Of a stretch of DNA of 64,000 bases, positions 12,135 to 24,824 are shown in pieces. Below the pieces are notes generated by a model that saw nothing but the letters and a program-made list of their open reading frames with translations, was not told the origin of the DNA and searched no databases. The stretch comes from Selaginella moellendorffii (lineage: Eukaryota; Plantae; Lycopodiophyta), in NCBI RefSeq assembly GCF_000143415.4, contig NW_003314286.1:387766-451765 (forward strand). The letters run 5' to 3'. The position numbers were made by a program, and so were the translations under genes. Position 1 is the stretch's first letter. Each line of letters begins with the position of its first letter.

Positions 12135-14900
12135 TTCATTCATTCATTCATTAACTGTTTATAGGGTTTTGTGGTGCCCATCAAGAAGCATATGAGACCA
12201 ACAGATTATAGTAAGTTGTTTGATGATCTCATGAGTCATTTGTTTGCTGAGCTCCTCCAGGTCTTCTGCCACCACAGCTTCTATCACCACCCTCAGCTTC
12301 ACCGACCTGCCTATAGAAATTCACAGATGTCCTTGGCCCAATGTTCACCTATGAGAATTACATGTAGATCTGCACCCCAAGGACCTGTGGTTGGCATAGT
12401 GGAGCATAGGTTGACCACATGTTAACCACATGCTTCATGTCTTCAGCTTCTTAACATATGGGGTAGAGGCACATATTATATGGCAGTGGCAATCTCAAAC
12501 GATGTTTGAGTTCCTTGACACCTTGTTTTGTAGCTGGCCAGGATTCTCCAATTGCAGGGGGTGAGGTCATTGTAGATTGTGAAAGCAAATTGGCACCTCA
12601 GGTTTATAGTATTCATATAAATTCCAAAAAGGGCACTATCCTTTATTCAAACGTTGGAGACATTGCCAAGTCCAAAACTCCAATTGCTTGATCAATTCCA
12701 TCATCAATATGGAGAGGTTATGGCCAAGGGTGGCTATCCATACCTCGAAAGTGTGCCACCAACTTTTCCAAGAGCTAAGGCCATATGTTGTGATTTAGCA
12801 ATAGTTGCATGATTAGGTGTGGATGTTGTAAATGTGATTTAAGATATTGAAAGATACTTATTGGTCAATCTTTACAAATAGTCTCTTTTTACTACTACAA
12901 TGGTAACAGGTTAGTATTACTGATTTCCTTTATGGTCTTTACCCAAGTTAGTTGAGAAACTGGTCATTGCATGTGCACTTAACCATATAGGCATAAAGAT
13001 AGAATTTCTAAATGCTATTAGTTAAACATATTTCACATAAAAAATTCATTTGTTAACTTGCACTTGTTAATGTTATGAACTTCTATGATATTGCATTTAG
13101 TCTCTTAATATTGTTACATAATAATTTACCATGTCTACTCCTTGTTATCATGCCTCATATGTTGGTCTCATACCATATCCATATATCATTTATAGTAAGT
13201 GTCTAAATTTGCTCAGAAGGCATATCTACATAATGTAAAGAAGTGTATTAAATTTTATAATGTTGTTTCATATCTCAATTCACAATTTAGCATTTTTCCA
13301 TATTTAGTAAGTTTCAAGTTTGTCCCAAATAGGACTAGAGTGAAAGCCCAAAACATAAACACCTTGGCACAATTTTGCAACTCCACAGACCTTGTTGTGA
13401 CCATGTACTTTATTGTGGTTGCTCATGATCCACCGCCGGCCTCCCCCCCATCTTGAGGTGTTTAGTTGGCATTGAAGTTCTAGCCATGAACTAGCCAATA
13501 GAAGGAGGTTGTCTGCATATATAAGCAGCTGCAAAATCATGCCAGCAAGCAAGATCAAGGAGGGGGTGTGCCCTACTAGAGCATTTCCAGCCCATCAATG
13601 AATAGGCCAAAAAGAGTGGGTGACAAGGTGCAACCTTGTCAGACACCCATGCCATAGTCAATCTAAGTGTGCTGTAAAATGTCCACTTTCACATTTTTAT
13701 AAAGCCTTTGAATGAGCTTAATGAGCTCCAGTGGGACGTTTAGCTCATGAAGTCATGCAAACAGTCTCTTTCTTGATACCTTGTCAAAGGCTTTTACTAT
13801 GTCAACGTAGCATGCATAAACTGAGGTTCATGGATGTGCATGCAGCTTGTCCAGGGCTACCCATAGCGTCACCAAGTGGTCAATGCAACTATAATGTGGT
13901 TGGAACCTAGCTTGCCCTCTTGCTCGGCATCCTTTGTCTTCTGTCCAGCTCACGAGATGCACCACTTTGGCTAGAAGCTTTGCAAAGATTGTTGAGATCA
14001 TTATAGTATGATAGTTGGAGGGTAGTGATGAATCTCTTGCCTTGTAAATTGGTACAACTCTGTTGATGTTCCAGGTTTGTGGAAAACCATATTGGATGAT
14101 TTTGTGGAAAAGTTTGCAATAGCTTGGCTCTGAATCCATAGACATCAGCAGCCTTCTTGCGTGGGAGAGACTGGATCGTTACCTTCATTTGTTCCGTGGT
14201 GATTTGGAGCATTGCTTCCCCACTGGAAATGTTCAAACTCCAAGCTTCCTACCTCATACAGTTGGCGAATATGTTGAACCCAGAGTGTGATGTCCTCGAT
14301 GATCACTGGTTACGGAAAATTAAGCTTTGGAAGGTTTATGCCTCATTTCCCAGGCCTGCTATGCATTAAAACATTTAGTGTGAAAGCAAGCTCATGCCCT
14401 GGCCATTTTCCTAAAATCTCAACATAGAGATTGTGCTGTAGGGTGTCCTCTTTGTCTGGCTTGCTTGTATGCCTTGTGAAGCCGATGGCACTCCTCGTTC
14501 CACTAGGGTTTGACTGGTAAGCCGTGCTACTGAGGTGGTTTGCAGGATGCGGACCAGGAAATCTGCCCAGAAACCTATCTGGATGCCATGTTGTTCTTGT
14601 CTCTAAAGTTCTTCCACCGTGTGCTGCAGAGCAAGCGCTCAATGGGGCGCAGTTGCTAGATCACTGGTGCCTGTGTTGGCCATCCGATTTGAGTTTTTTC
14701 CTTGACTGGATTTCAAAAGCCCTCTTTTGTGCGGGAATATTTTTCCAGATTGTATCTTCAATGCCAAGGGATGTGTGCCCCTTTCAATTTGATGCGCCTG
14801 GACATGCAATGCCCAAATTGTCGAGGAGGGCCGCCAGCACAAGGAGTTCCCCTTTATGTATCTGCTGTCAAGTGATTAGGAGTATGATGTCTTAATGGCA
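12135..14900 (-). mobile_element. Degenerate non-LTR (LINE, possibly RTE-like) retrotransposon
   Basis: RT motifs WNINRVVPIYK..SNYHTI, RARGQARF..SCIDHL, QGCTLSPTLFGLFIDGL and LLIYADNL. C-terminal CCHC-like relic MCLYPIC*EAEDMKHVV near 12420-12480. (AATG)n tail at ~12135-12153. Many stops and frameshifts; boundaries approximate. Confidence 0.7.
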
Positions 14901-17900
14901 GACCATCACGAGCTGGTAACAAAGAGAAGAAACATCTCTTTTTACTTTTGTAGTTCATACAAACTTTGGTTTGTTTGTCTCATAGCAATCTGTGGTGTCC
15001 ATACCCAAGATTTCTCAACTTGGAGTAAGTAGGATTGATTATAACTTGTCTCTTTTGAAGTTACCTTTAGAAGGACGATGTCATTTCTTTAGTGACTAAG
15101 ACACTTTTTTTGTTTTTCTCTTACAGGTTCAAATCCCAACGTTGTGGTAAACATATGGAGAGAACCATCCTACGGGCTGTCATGGCCGTCACTACCACAG
15201 CCTACGAGTGAGCGGGCCATGGCAGTCAGGGCTTGGTCCCAGGGCTGTAATCTGCAAGCGGCTCACAGCCATGAGCCATGGCTGAGAAAGCGCTATGAAC
15301 ACAAAGCTAATCTTGCTGTTCGTGTTAGTTGGGGCTGGTCAGCACTCCAGTAGCTCAAGGCTAGTCAATTGGTAGTTTTTATTAATTGTTATAAATTAAT
15401 AATAGTTCTTGAGACAAAGAATTTTACCCTAGACCTAAACAATCTCAACAAAAGGTTAAATTTTAAAGGACTTTTTATTATGCTATTTTGGACCCATAAA
15501 GTGTTCCTTTGCTCAAAAAGAATGTGGAGCTACATTGGACGTAACTCTTCAGCCTAGTTATAGTTAAATAGGGGAAACTATTTCTGTTTCTCTTTCGCTA
15601 GCTGGAGGTAGCAAATCAACCTATCGTCGATCCATGGCCCCTGTAACAACGGTCAACTCGCACCTGGCATGGGTTTGCGATGGCCATGGCCAGATAACTG
15701 GTAGTAAAACCAGGGCTATATGGATGGATGGCTTTTACATGATTTTGCCTTTCTTACTTGCATAGGAAGAATCTGTTTTGTAACTACTATTCATTTATCA
15801 TCAATTGATAAATTATATTTACAAAAAAAAACTTTATTTAACATGAACAAGTTGTGAGTGCATGGAATATGGAAAGGGAATACATGTGCATATCAATTAG
15901 CCAAAAACCCTAACTTGTAAGGAGTAAGTGGTCCGGATTGAAATCAATCCAACAGCTACTAAAATCTCATTATGCTAATATTAGTATACTGTATTATAGC
16001 TGTACACTTGGACTTCACATCATCCCCTCTTCTCGGAATAATGAAAGACCATCAAAGTTCTCTTGTAGATGGGTTGAGATCTGAACAAGTGTTAGGAGAA
16101 GACATCGGCAGATTTATAGGTGGTATCAGTTGTTCTTGATCCTTTTGTATGAAGTGTTTCAACCGCTGCACATACACAATTTCTAGAGGATCGGCCTATT
16201 GGACGTCATGCCAAACCTTATAAGCTTGCGGTCCAACTTGCCGTAATACTCGATATGGTCTTTTCCACTAAGCAAGGAACCCCTTAGATAAACCATATAC
16301 CATAAAATGGGGAAAATAGACCAACACCAAATCATTCACTTTGTACTTTGCAGGTGGACGATGATGGGAGTTGTACCACCATTGTTGTCCCACTTGTATG
16401 CAACTTAAGTGTTCGGCAAATTTTGTTTGAACAAATGGAAGAATGTTTATCAAATAACCCCACAACCTAGCATTGGCAACTTGTGGCAATTACAAAGGTA
16501 AACCCAACTTTGTTAGTAATATTGGATCATGACCATATAAAAGTTTATATGGTGAAACATTAACAGAATTTTACACCCCTGTGACATATGCATATTGAAG
16601 AGACGGCAAATAACCATCCCAATCCAAATGTTGAAAGTTCATATACTTCACGATCATTCATTTGAATGTCCAAACGAGCCATTCCACCAAACTGTTTGAC
16701 TAAGGATGATAAGCACTCGTGAAAGTATAGCGTATCTCCAACCGAGACATCAAAACATGAAATGTTACAGCCATAAATGCGGGACCATTATCCAAAAGAA
16801 TCCACTCTGGACAAGAATATTGGAACACCACTCGATTGAGAAGGAAGTATTCAATAGCAGTTGCAAAGGCACTAGTAAAAGCACCAACTTCCACCCAACG
16901 AGTTAAATGGTCAAAAACAATAATAATATATTCATTACCAGCAGTCGATCGTGGAAAAAGTCCCATAAAATCAAATGCCACCAACTTAAATGGACGGGAA
17001 ACTGCAATTGACTCTAACTGTTACAAAAGGGAGTATTATGAATTTGGCACCAAATGTAGTTACGCACATCTCAAATAACATCACGTCGCATCTCCGGCCA
17101 ATAGAAGACTTGTGCAGCTTCTCAGTCACACAACGATGTCCCATATGCCCGCCTAGAACAAAAGAATCATGTTAGACATGGAGAAACTGTGGAATAAAGA
17201 CAAAAGGCACCACCAACTGTAAAGGATCATCAGGATCCGTCCCCACAAAATAAAGAAGGCCATCTTCAAGGCAATACTGAGAATATAAATGCTGGAATGG
17301 CAAGTCATCAGCAAGTGATACAGAATTCTCAAACCCATCTCAAAGCCTTAGAATCCATGGCTCAATTTTTTGAGCCTCACAAACCTCATCAACAAAAGGT
17401 AGATCTTGCTATGCACGTTGTGGACACTGAACATCAAGTACAGTAACTGCCGATGGCACAGAATCCTCATCTAAAAAATCCATAGATGCTGGAACAACAA
17501 GCTCGTCAAAAACATGAGAAAAGAGTGGAGAAGGAAGAGGAGCTCGAGAAAGGGCATCAGCATCAGCCATAGGACTCCTTGGGCGATGAACAACATCAAA
17601 ATCATATATCTGAAGCTTCAAAATCCACTAAGCAGTACAACCAACTAGATTCTTTTACTTCAATAATGAAGTAACAGTAGCATGATCACCTTCAAGTAAC
17701 ATTTGAGAACTATGTAGATATGCATGAAGTTTCTCGAAACCCCAGACTTCTGCTAAACACTCCTTCTTTGTCGTGGAGTAGTTTACCTCCGCTGATTGTA
17801 ATGTATGGCTTATATACGCAATGGGATGGTGCTAACAAGGCACACTTGGGCTCTCTTGCATCAACACATTTCCAAGATCAATATTAAAAGCATCCATGCA

Positions 17901-19958
17901 CAAAATAAAAGGTCAAGTGTAGTCAAGATATGCTAAAATCGAAGGATTCGTTAATAGTTCTTTGAGATCCACTAATGCCCACTCTCAATACGGAGATTAA
18001 ATGAAAGATGACGTTGATGATTTCAGCAATGCTTGCAATGGTGCTATGCGATTAGAAAGATAATCCACAAAATGACCAAGATACTGCACATTGCTCAAGA
18101 AGCATTGTACATCATTCACACACTTCGGAGTAAGGAACTTTAAAATAGCCACAAGTTTATCAAGATCAACTTGTAAACCCTTAAGAGAAATATAGTACCC
18201 AAGATAAGTTGTATCCTTGGACCCAAACACACACTTTGACCACTTCAGCTTTAAAATAATATCCCGTAGCCAATTCAACACTTTACAAATATTAATGTCA
18301 TCCCATGTTGATGACGAATATACTCCTCCCACATCCCTTCGAGTGGATCAAGACATCATCAATGAAGTCAGTAGTCACCTCCGGCATATTACAAAGAACT
18401 TCATCCATCATCCGTTGGAAAGTTGTTGGAGAATTGTTCAAACCAAATGGTATTACCAAGAACTCGTACAAACCAAATGGTGTATGAAAAGTAGTATTAA
18501 AAATATTTTTTTTGGCCATCGATATTTCTCAGTACCCAGAAGCAAAATCTAGCTTGGTAAACTAACGACTTTGCCCTAGATGATCCAAGAGATCAGCAGT
18601 ATGAGGAAAAGGGTACGCATCTGGGATTGTCACTTCGTTTAACGGATGGTAGTTAATGCAGAAATAAATACTTCTATCAGACTTCATCATAAAATGAGGT
18701 TCACATGCCCAAAGATTCCATGACTTCCAAATAACACCCTTCTCTAACATCTTCTTGATGTTTGCACGTAAAATCTTGATTTCTTTAGGTGACTGATAAC
18801 GAATAGAAACCTTGATTAGATGAGCATCCCCAATTGGAATCGAATGACGTGTGGCAATCTTGGCCCTAGACAAAAGTCAAATTCAAAGAGATTAGAATAC
18901 TCCTTCATGAGTCAGTCAACCGTTGCAACACAAAGATTGTCGGAGGGATTGGAAAAGGGAAGAGCAGAACAAGATGGAAACATAAAAGGAAGTAGTGGGG
19001 GGACAAAAGTAATGGAAGTAAATGTAAAAGTAAAGGGACGAAAAGGTACAGAAGTAAGAGGAATGAATGAAATATAAGGAAGTATGAGATAAAGGGGAGA
19101 AGTCTTAAAGTTATATTTGGCATAATTGCATTGCAACCAATCCATACCAAGGATGAGGTCAAAAGCTTGACTCAGCACCACCCATAATGATTGCAACCCA
19201 AACTCAAGATCACCCATACGCACAACTAGGTCCGCCTCATCCCGTGGACATACATGTGTACAGCTGTTGCCATAAAAAATGAAAACTAGCCCCACCACAC
19301 GATGCAAGTGTAGATGGCAACATGTGACAACAAGTCGAGCAATAGAAGATAAACTCAAACCTGTATCAACTAACATGGAGAGAATAATAGGAGACGGCTT
19401 GTTATAAAAACGAGTTTGGAAAGTAAACACTGGATGAATTAGTGCTGAGTGAACCCCTTGATGATACTTCGGAAAAAACAATGGAGAGGTCATTGATTTA
19501 TTCACATAAAATCCCTCCGTTACTCGCATGACTCCTCGTTTCCCGAATGCATTTTGGTGTTTAGACTTTCCACTACAGCAGCACCAACAAGACATTGTTG
19601 ACACCAAGGTCTTCACCCAGGAAATGGTGGCTATCAATCTGGAAAATGCCAACAATGCCGATAAATGTGACCAACTTCATCACACGCATAGTAATGAATA
19701 TCACGACCATAACCACAGCCTTGCTCTTGTTCTTGGACTCAAATAGTAGCAGCATCAACCTCTATTGAAACAAGACCATCACTTACAGGAAGTGAAGCTA
19801 AAGGACGTGCAACAAAAAGTGGAAGAGGCAATGTCTCATAATGTTGTGCCAAGCAAAGAGCATTGTCAAGGGTGGTGAAAACAAAAGCATGCACAAGTCC
19901 GACAAAATTTTGATGAGTGCTAGCCATAACATTCCTAGCTTGATCCGCTCTGACATAT

Positions 19959-20732
19959 TGTAGCACATGTGATCATGGGATGAGATTTGAATATACTGTC
20001 ACCGTGGATCCTTGAAACCTTGGGGGATAAATAGGGGATAAAATAGCCACTAAGGGCTCTCTCATCAAGTAATTGCCCCTTTTCCAATTTTCTTAAGGGG
20101 AGAGAGATAAGGTACACTACAGTTGGTATCAGAGCAAATGCCACGGGTTCGATTCCCATTGATTAGTGGCTACTTAAAAGTATAATATACCCTTGAGGAA
20201 GGTATATTCCTACCCTTAAATTTGAAATCGTAAATCGTAGGTATTGGGCATCCATGCGTATGTCCTTCCTCTTGTGTGGAGTATCCACGGACGAAGGTAT
20301 CCACCGTGGGACTGCGGTACGGGTGGATGACTAGTTGCTTCACATCGAATAACTAATCTACACAATGGAAGGATTGGTAGATTGAGTGTGGGAATGGAGT
20401 TGTTGGTTCCTTTTAGCTCAGTAGGGGTTGTTAGTTAATAGTCAATGAGAACATTGACATCTCTGAAAGGGGGGTGAGTGTAGCACATGTGATCATGGGA
20501 TGACTAGCTTAGTAGGGGTTGTTAGTCAATAGTCAATGAGGACATTGACATCTCTGAAAGGGGGGTGAGTGTAGCACATGTGATCATGGGATGAGATTTA
20601 GATATATTGTCACCATGGATCCTTGGAACCTTGGGGAATAAATAGGGGATAAAATAGCCACTAAAGGCTCTCTCATCAAGCAATTGCCCCCTTTCCAATT
20701 GGTTTAAGGGGAGAGAGATAAGGTGTGCTACA
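19959..20732 (+). mobile_element. TRIM (terminal-repeat retrotransposon in miniature), non-coding, nested in the gypsy gag
   Basis: Two 163-bp LTRs 19959-20121 and 20570-20732 (TGTAG..CTACA). 5-bp TSD CATAT at 19954-19958 and 20733-20737. tRNA-iMet PBS TGGTATCAGAGC at 20124-20135. [17 protein letters not shown] before the 3' LTR. No recognisable retroelement coding sequence. Confidence 0.92.
20414..20595 (+). repeat. 91-bp tandem duplication covering the PPT and the first ~25 nt of the TRIM 3' LTR
   Basis: Units 20414-20504 and 20505-20595 are near-identical. Confidence 0.9.
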
Positions 20733-21774
20733 CATATTTAACTCCGCAAAAAGCAAAAAGGCTTCAAAAATGAATGCACCAACTTAGATGGTCCTTGACG
20801 AAGATGATGCAATTGTTGGAAGGCATTATCACAATCTTCAGTATGTTTAAATGCACATTTGAAGACGTCTGGGAGAACACTCCAATCCCCATGAATGGTT
20901 GTGCTCAAACCATTGTATTACTACAACACCATCCCTTGGAGACATGTGGGAAACTTACGCAAATGTTAAGCATCATCCCAAGAATGATATGTGGCAATCA
21001 TCGTGAAGTGATCTAACCAATGATACACATCATCCTCAGGATTCCCGCAAAAGAACTCCGGCTGAACGTAAGGATTAGCACCAAGAGCAAAAAGAGTTGT
21101 ACTACGTGCCATGAATGCCACTATCAACTAAGTTTAGTTGTTCAATTGCAATCGCATAACATCAAGAAATTGTACCAATTGCTATTCTAGAGTCAAAGGA
21201 GGAAAAGACTACTGATCTGTCATGAAAATGAACAAAAAGGAAAGAGCAAAAGAAAATAAATGAAAAAAAGCTAAAAGAAAAGGGAGATCTAGACAATGCA
21301 AAAAGCTAAATCTAAACCAAAATCCTGAAAGGAAAGAACAAAAGAAAGGAAATTGAAAAAAACTAGATCTAGATAATATAAAGTTAGATCTAAACCAAAA
21401 CCCCAAATTCAAGAACTCCTTAAAAGCAATCAAAAGTGTCCCTCATCTCCACTAATGTGAATGCATGGAATATAAAAAGAGAATGGTCTTAGCAAGTCTA
21501 TGTATTTGCCTGGATTTTCTCATACTATTCAGGCACTGAGGGTCCTACACCTTGGCTGTGCTGATGTCTGTGATCGTTTTGCTGAAATCTGGGTCTCTTT
21601 AGGAGTTTGCCTTTCTCTATGTATGGTTTGTGAACAGGCGCTGCAACAGAGACATCCCCAGAATCGAGGGCAGCTGGGCACTTATTGCTTTGTTTTCAAG
21701 GCTGCAGCACATTGTGCTATGAGTCCTTAGCACTGGATCTTCTTCTCATCTGACATATTCTCTTCCACTTGCAG

Positions 21775-23237
21775 TGATAGATCTGTGGGAGAAAGTCGGC
21801 GAGGCGAAACTCGGAGTAGTGACAAGGGAAATGGCCACCGAGCTCGTCACGGCCGTGGTGACAACTGATTTCAAGCTGGAAGAAACAAGGAAAAAAGCGA
21901 GAATGATTTAAAATTCAAGGACTGTCAGCCTGACGACGTAAACTCTTCCAGACACTTTTATTGATACCAACATCTCGACCATCATGATCCGGAACGCTTA
22001 AGTATTTCTCGTACGGGTACTCTGGCAAGACGGTTTTTGGCTTCTACATGTTTTACAAGCTGCGGATGGATCCGGTGTTTTCGAGTTGGGCTATTATATG
22101 GGAGCAGGGTTCCACGCATGGCCCAGGTTCAAGTTATTACTTCAGGGCAAATGAGCTACTGCTGGGAAAGATCGGGGACTGCGACCATTGAATTACGGAA
22201 CATACTGTTTTTCTGGTAAACGGTCTGAAAGCATCACCACGAATGATTCAGAATAATACGCCTTCACGTCCGAAAACTATTCGACTAAGCCTATGTGGCA
22301 GTTCCTGAAAGATACGGACCTGGACGCATTCTACATGCCCCTGAGGGACTTGTGTGAATTGTTGCTCGCTGCGCCACTGGCCGGGCACGGGGATTGCAGC
22401 GAAGCAGAAGATAGGGAGCGTTACCACAAGTTTGGGGGTTCGGTGCGCTCTGTCTTGGTCCACCACAGGAAAACGAACTACAACAGCAGGTTTGATCGAG
22501 CCTTACAGACTGCGAAAAAGAAAGCGCAGATCGAGTACATGATTGGGAACGTATTGCAGGGGAATGACGTAAGTAGTTTCATTCTCCATTTGAAGATGGT
22601 CAGTAGAGATTTGAAGGAAACCATGGGTGTTTGCATCTCAGTACGTGGAGGAGCAACTTTCGTGGCTGGAAGATAGAGTATATCAGACAGAATCAGGGCA
22701 TCAGCGACGAAACGGTTCTCGTGGGCAAGAGGTTTGAGCATCAGCTACGATGTTCGAAACCGCGTCTCCAAGCACGACGCTTGCACCGGCCAATTTCGAC
22801 CGAAACATGTGAGATGCTTCAACGTCTTTTGAGACGCATGAATCTGCCTGAAAGCGGGAGAAAAACTGCGCTTATCCAGAGGCTGAGAGATGCTAATTTC
22901 AAGGGAGTCTATGACATGGAAGAAGGGCCAGTGATCGAGGACGAACAGGAGAAGATGGAAGACGACGCCGAAGGAGAGGTGGAGCCAGAGGACCAGGTCG
23001 AAGTGGAAGTGGCTGGGGAGGAACAGGAAGCAGTCCAGTTTAATTGCCAGGGGCCTAAAAAAAGTCTAGGGGTGATGGGGCCCATGCGCAGGTTACTGTC
23101 AACGATCGCCACCACGCCCAAGCCAAGTATATCGATGAGCTTATCAACAGGTACAACCTTAAGCGGTTCTACTTTGTTGTACCATAGAAAATGTTCAACT
23201 GGTACCCGTACCAGCTTTGAAGGAGGTTTGGGTCCTT
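21775..23237 (+). pseudogene. Crinkler-like NTPase/REase pseudogene with SAP motif and acidic tract, interrupted at 23238 by a TIR transposon
   Basis: Broken Walker A TGT..GKTVFGFYMFYKL near 22013-22065. FYMP..L.EL..RYHKFGGSVRSVL and GKRFEH are typical of CRN NTPase-REase proteins. SAP-like LQRLLRRMNLPESGRKTALIQRL. Several frameshifts. Confidence 0.6.
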
Positions 23238-23669
23238 AAGCTTTATTTCGTTAAAGTGGGAATTGTCATTATCCCACTTGTAAAATAAGGTTTCCAAACC
23301 TTTATATAGTATATAAATATAACAAAATTCAACTGCATTGAGGCACATGCCATTTTATCTTAAACAAGAAAATGTCTACTCAATCACTTCTCCTCCCCCT
23401 ACCATTGCTTCACCTCTCTCTTCTCCTTGTCATCGTCGTCTAATTTCTTTCCATCCTTTTAATATTGGCTCAGTTGCTCCGAGTCTAGGTGGAGCCCAAG
23501 TCCCTATTCAATCTTTACTTTCCCCTTATTAATAAAACAACTTCGTAGACTTCCAATAACATGCTGTAACACGCTGTAACACTTCTAGTATAATGCAAAT
23601 CCTCTCAAAGAATTATCTTTTAATATTAATACAATGGCATGGAACCCCATGCCATAATAAGTTACATTT

Positions 23670-24824
23670 TTAAATAAATACATAAACCCAGAGCTTCCGT
23701 GTTCGTGCCAATGTCTCGTGCAGACCCAATTTGTAGCACGTTTCTTGCTTGACATTCTGCGCGTGAGAGATGTATATGATAGATCGGAGGGGCGAGTTGC
23801 TTTTTATCAGGCGGACAACTCTTGTCTTGAAGACTTTCTTCACCTCCTCGCCCACCATAATATCCACAACTATCTCTTGCATCGCCAAGCTAGAATGCTG
23901 CCCGGAGACGGCATAGAACCGGATGTTCTAATCGTCCAACACCTTCCTATTGATCAAGTCTGGAAACCTCGTCTCGCCCTTCAATGTTCGGTAGTAGGGG
24001 ATCACGTCTGTGATGTCAGGTGTTACTGGACTTGTCAGCATCTTCTGCTTCAGTTTCTCCACCCACTCATCAGATACTAGCCTATGGTTGTATTTGCTTT
24101 GGATGTCGATGTGGCTCACGTCGATTGTATATACTTTGTTGGAATAGTAACAAGTACTATTATCTGCGACAATTTTTGCTGCCTCTTCTTGCTCTTTCTG
24201 CTCTTTGCGGCTCTTCTTTTTGGTGGGTGTAGTGTTCGAACCCGAGGCAATGGCATCACCGAGTAGCTTCTTTTTTGGAGTCGAAGAGTCGGACGTCAGC
24301 TTGAGCTTGACCACCCTTTTCTGCTTCGGGGTAGTTTCCAGATCGACCTCCTTCCCCTTCGCTTCGCGAACTGGAGTCACTCTCAACGGCTCAATGTTGG
24401 AATATAGTTTTTGAACATCGCCGTAGGTGAGGTCCGTGGATTCCATGTGATCTTCATAGACCCGCAGCGTCTTTGAAATTGTGGGCCTCCTGGACAACCT
24501 CTCCCTAGCTCCCTCTAGGAATTCCTTATAGCCGCTGCCCCCCTCCAGGAAGCCACTAGGATGTGCAAAGTGGATCTTGAAGGCAGACGCTGTCTCTACC
24601 ACAAGTGCCAGTCCATATTCTTGCATGGAACTGCATGGAGTGTCTGTCACTTGGATGAGGATCCCCATGCATTCTTTTCTCCCACCATCTGTGTTGTATA
24701 GCCTCAGATCCTCGCCTTCCATCCCGAAAGTCCAACTGGTGAGCTCCTCCCCCTTCTCTGCATCCACATTGATAGTGGCTGGAAGAAGAACGCAATTCCT
24801 CGCCTGTTCAGAAATGCACAACAA
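23670..24824 (-). pseudogene. Transposon accessory ORF with ParB/Srx (DGQHR-like) domain; one in-frame TAG at 23928-23930
   Basis: ORFs 23928-24824 and 23670-23888 are in the same frame. Read-through gives ..IDVSHIDIQSKYNHRLVSDEWVEKLKQKM..DVIPY..NIRFYAVSGQHSSLAMQE..IYISHAQN. Confidence 0.55.

Larger units (their letters stand above)
15853..21484 (-). mobile_element. Old Ty3/gypsy LTR retrotransposon (gag-PR-RT-RH-IN, pseudogenised), interrupted by a TRIM
   Basis: Gag ~20760-21060 and 19500-19950, protease LVDTG, RT PFGLNNSP/FIDDV, RNase H, integrase DFMG..LDNG..SAYHP. 3' LTR 15853-16019 (TGTGA..TCACA) with PPT at 16023-16034. Truncated 5' LTR from 21456, preceded on the minus strand by the PBS-like TAGTGGAGATGAGGG. 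Confidence 0.8.

Noticed and set aside
15130-15740. MITE or Helitron end in a GC-rich patch with CCATGG motifs (similar patch at 38420-38510)
   Set aside because: Inverted-repeat similarity is too weak and no TSD was found.
19959-20121. Cassandra-type 5S rRNA-bearing TRIM
   Set aside because: No recognisable 5S rRNA A/C-box sequence in the LTRs.
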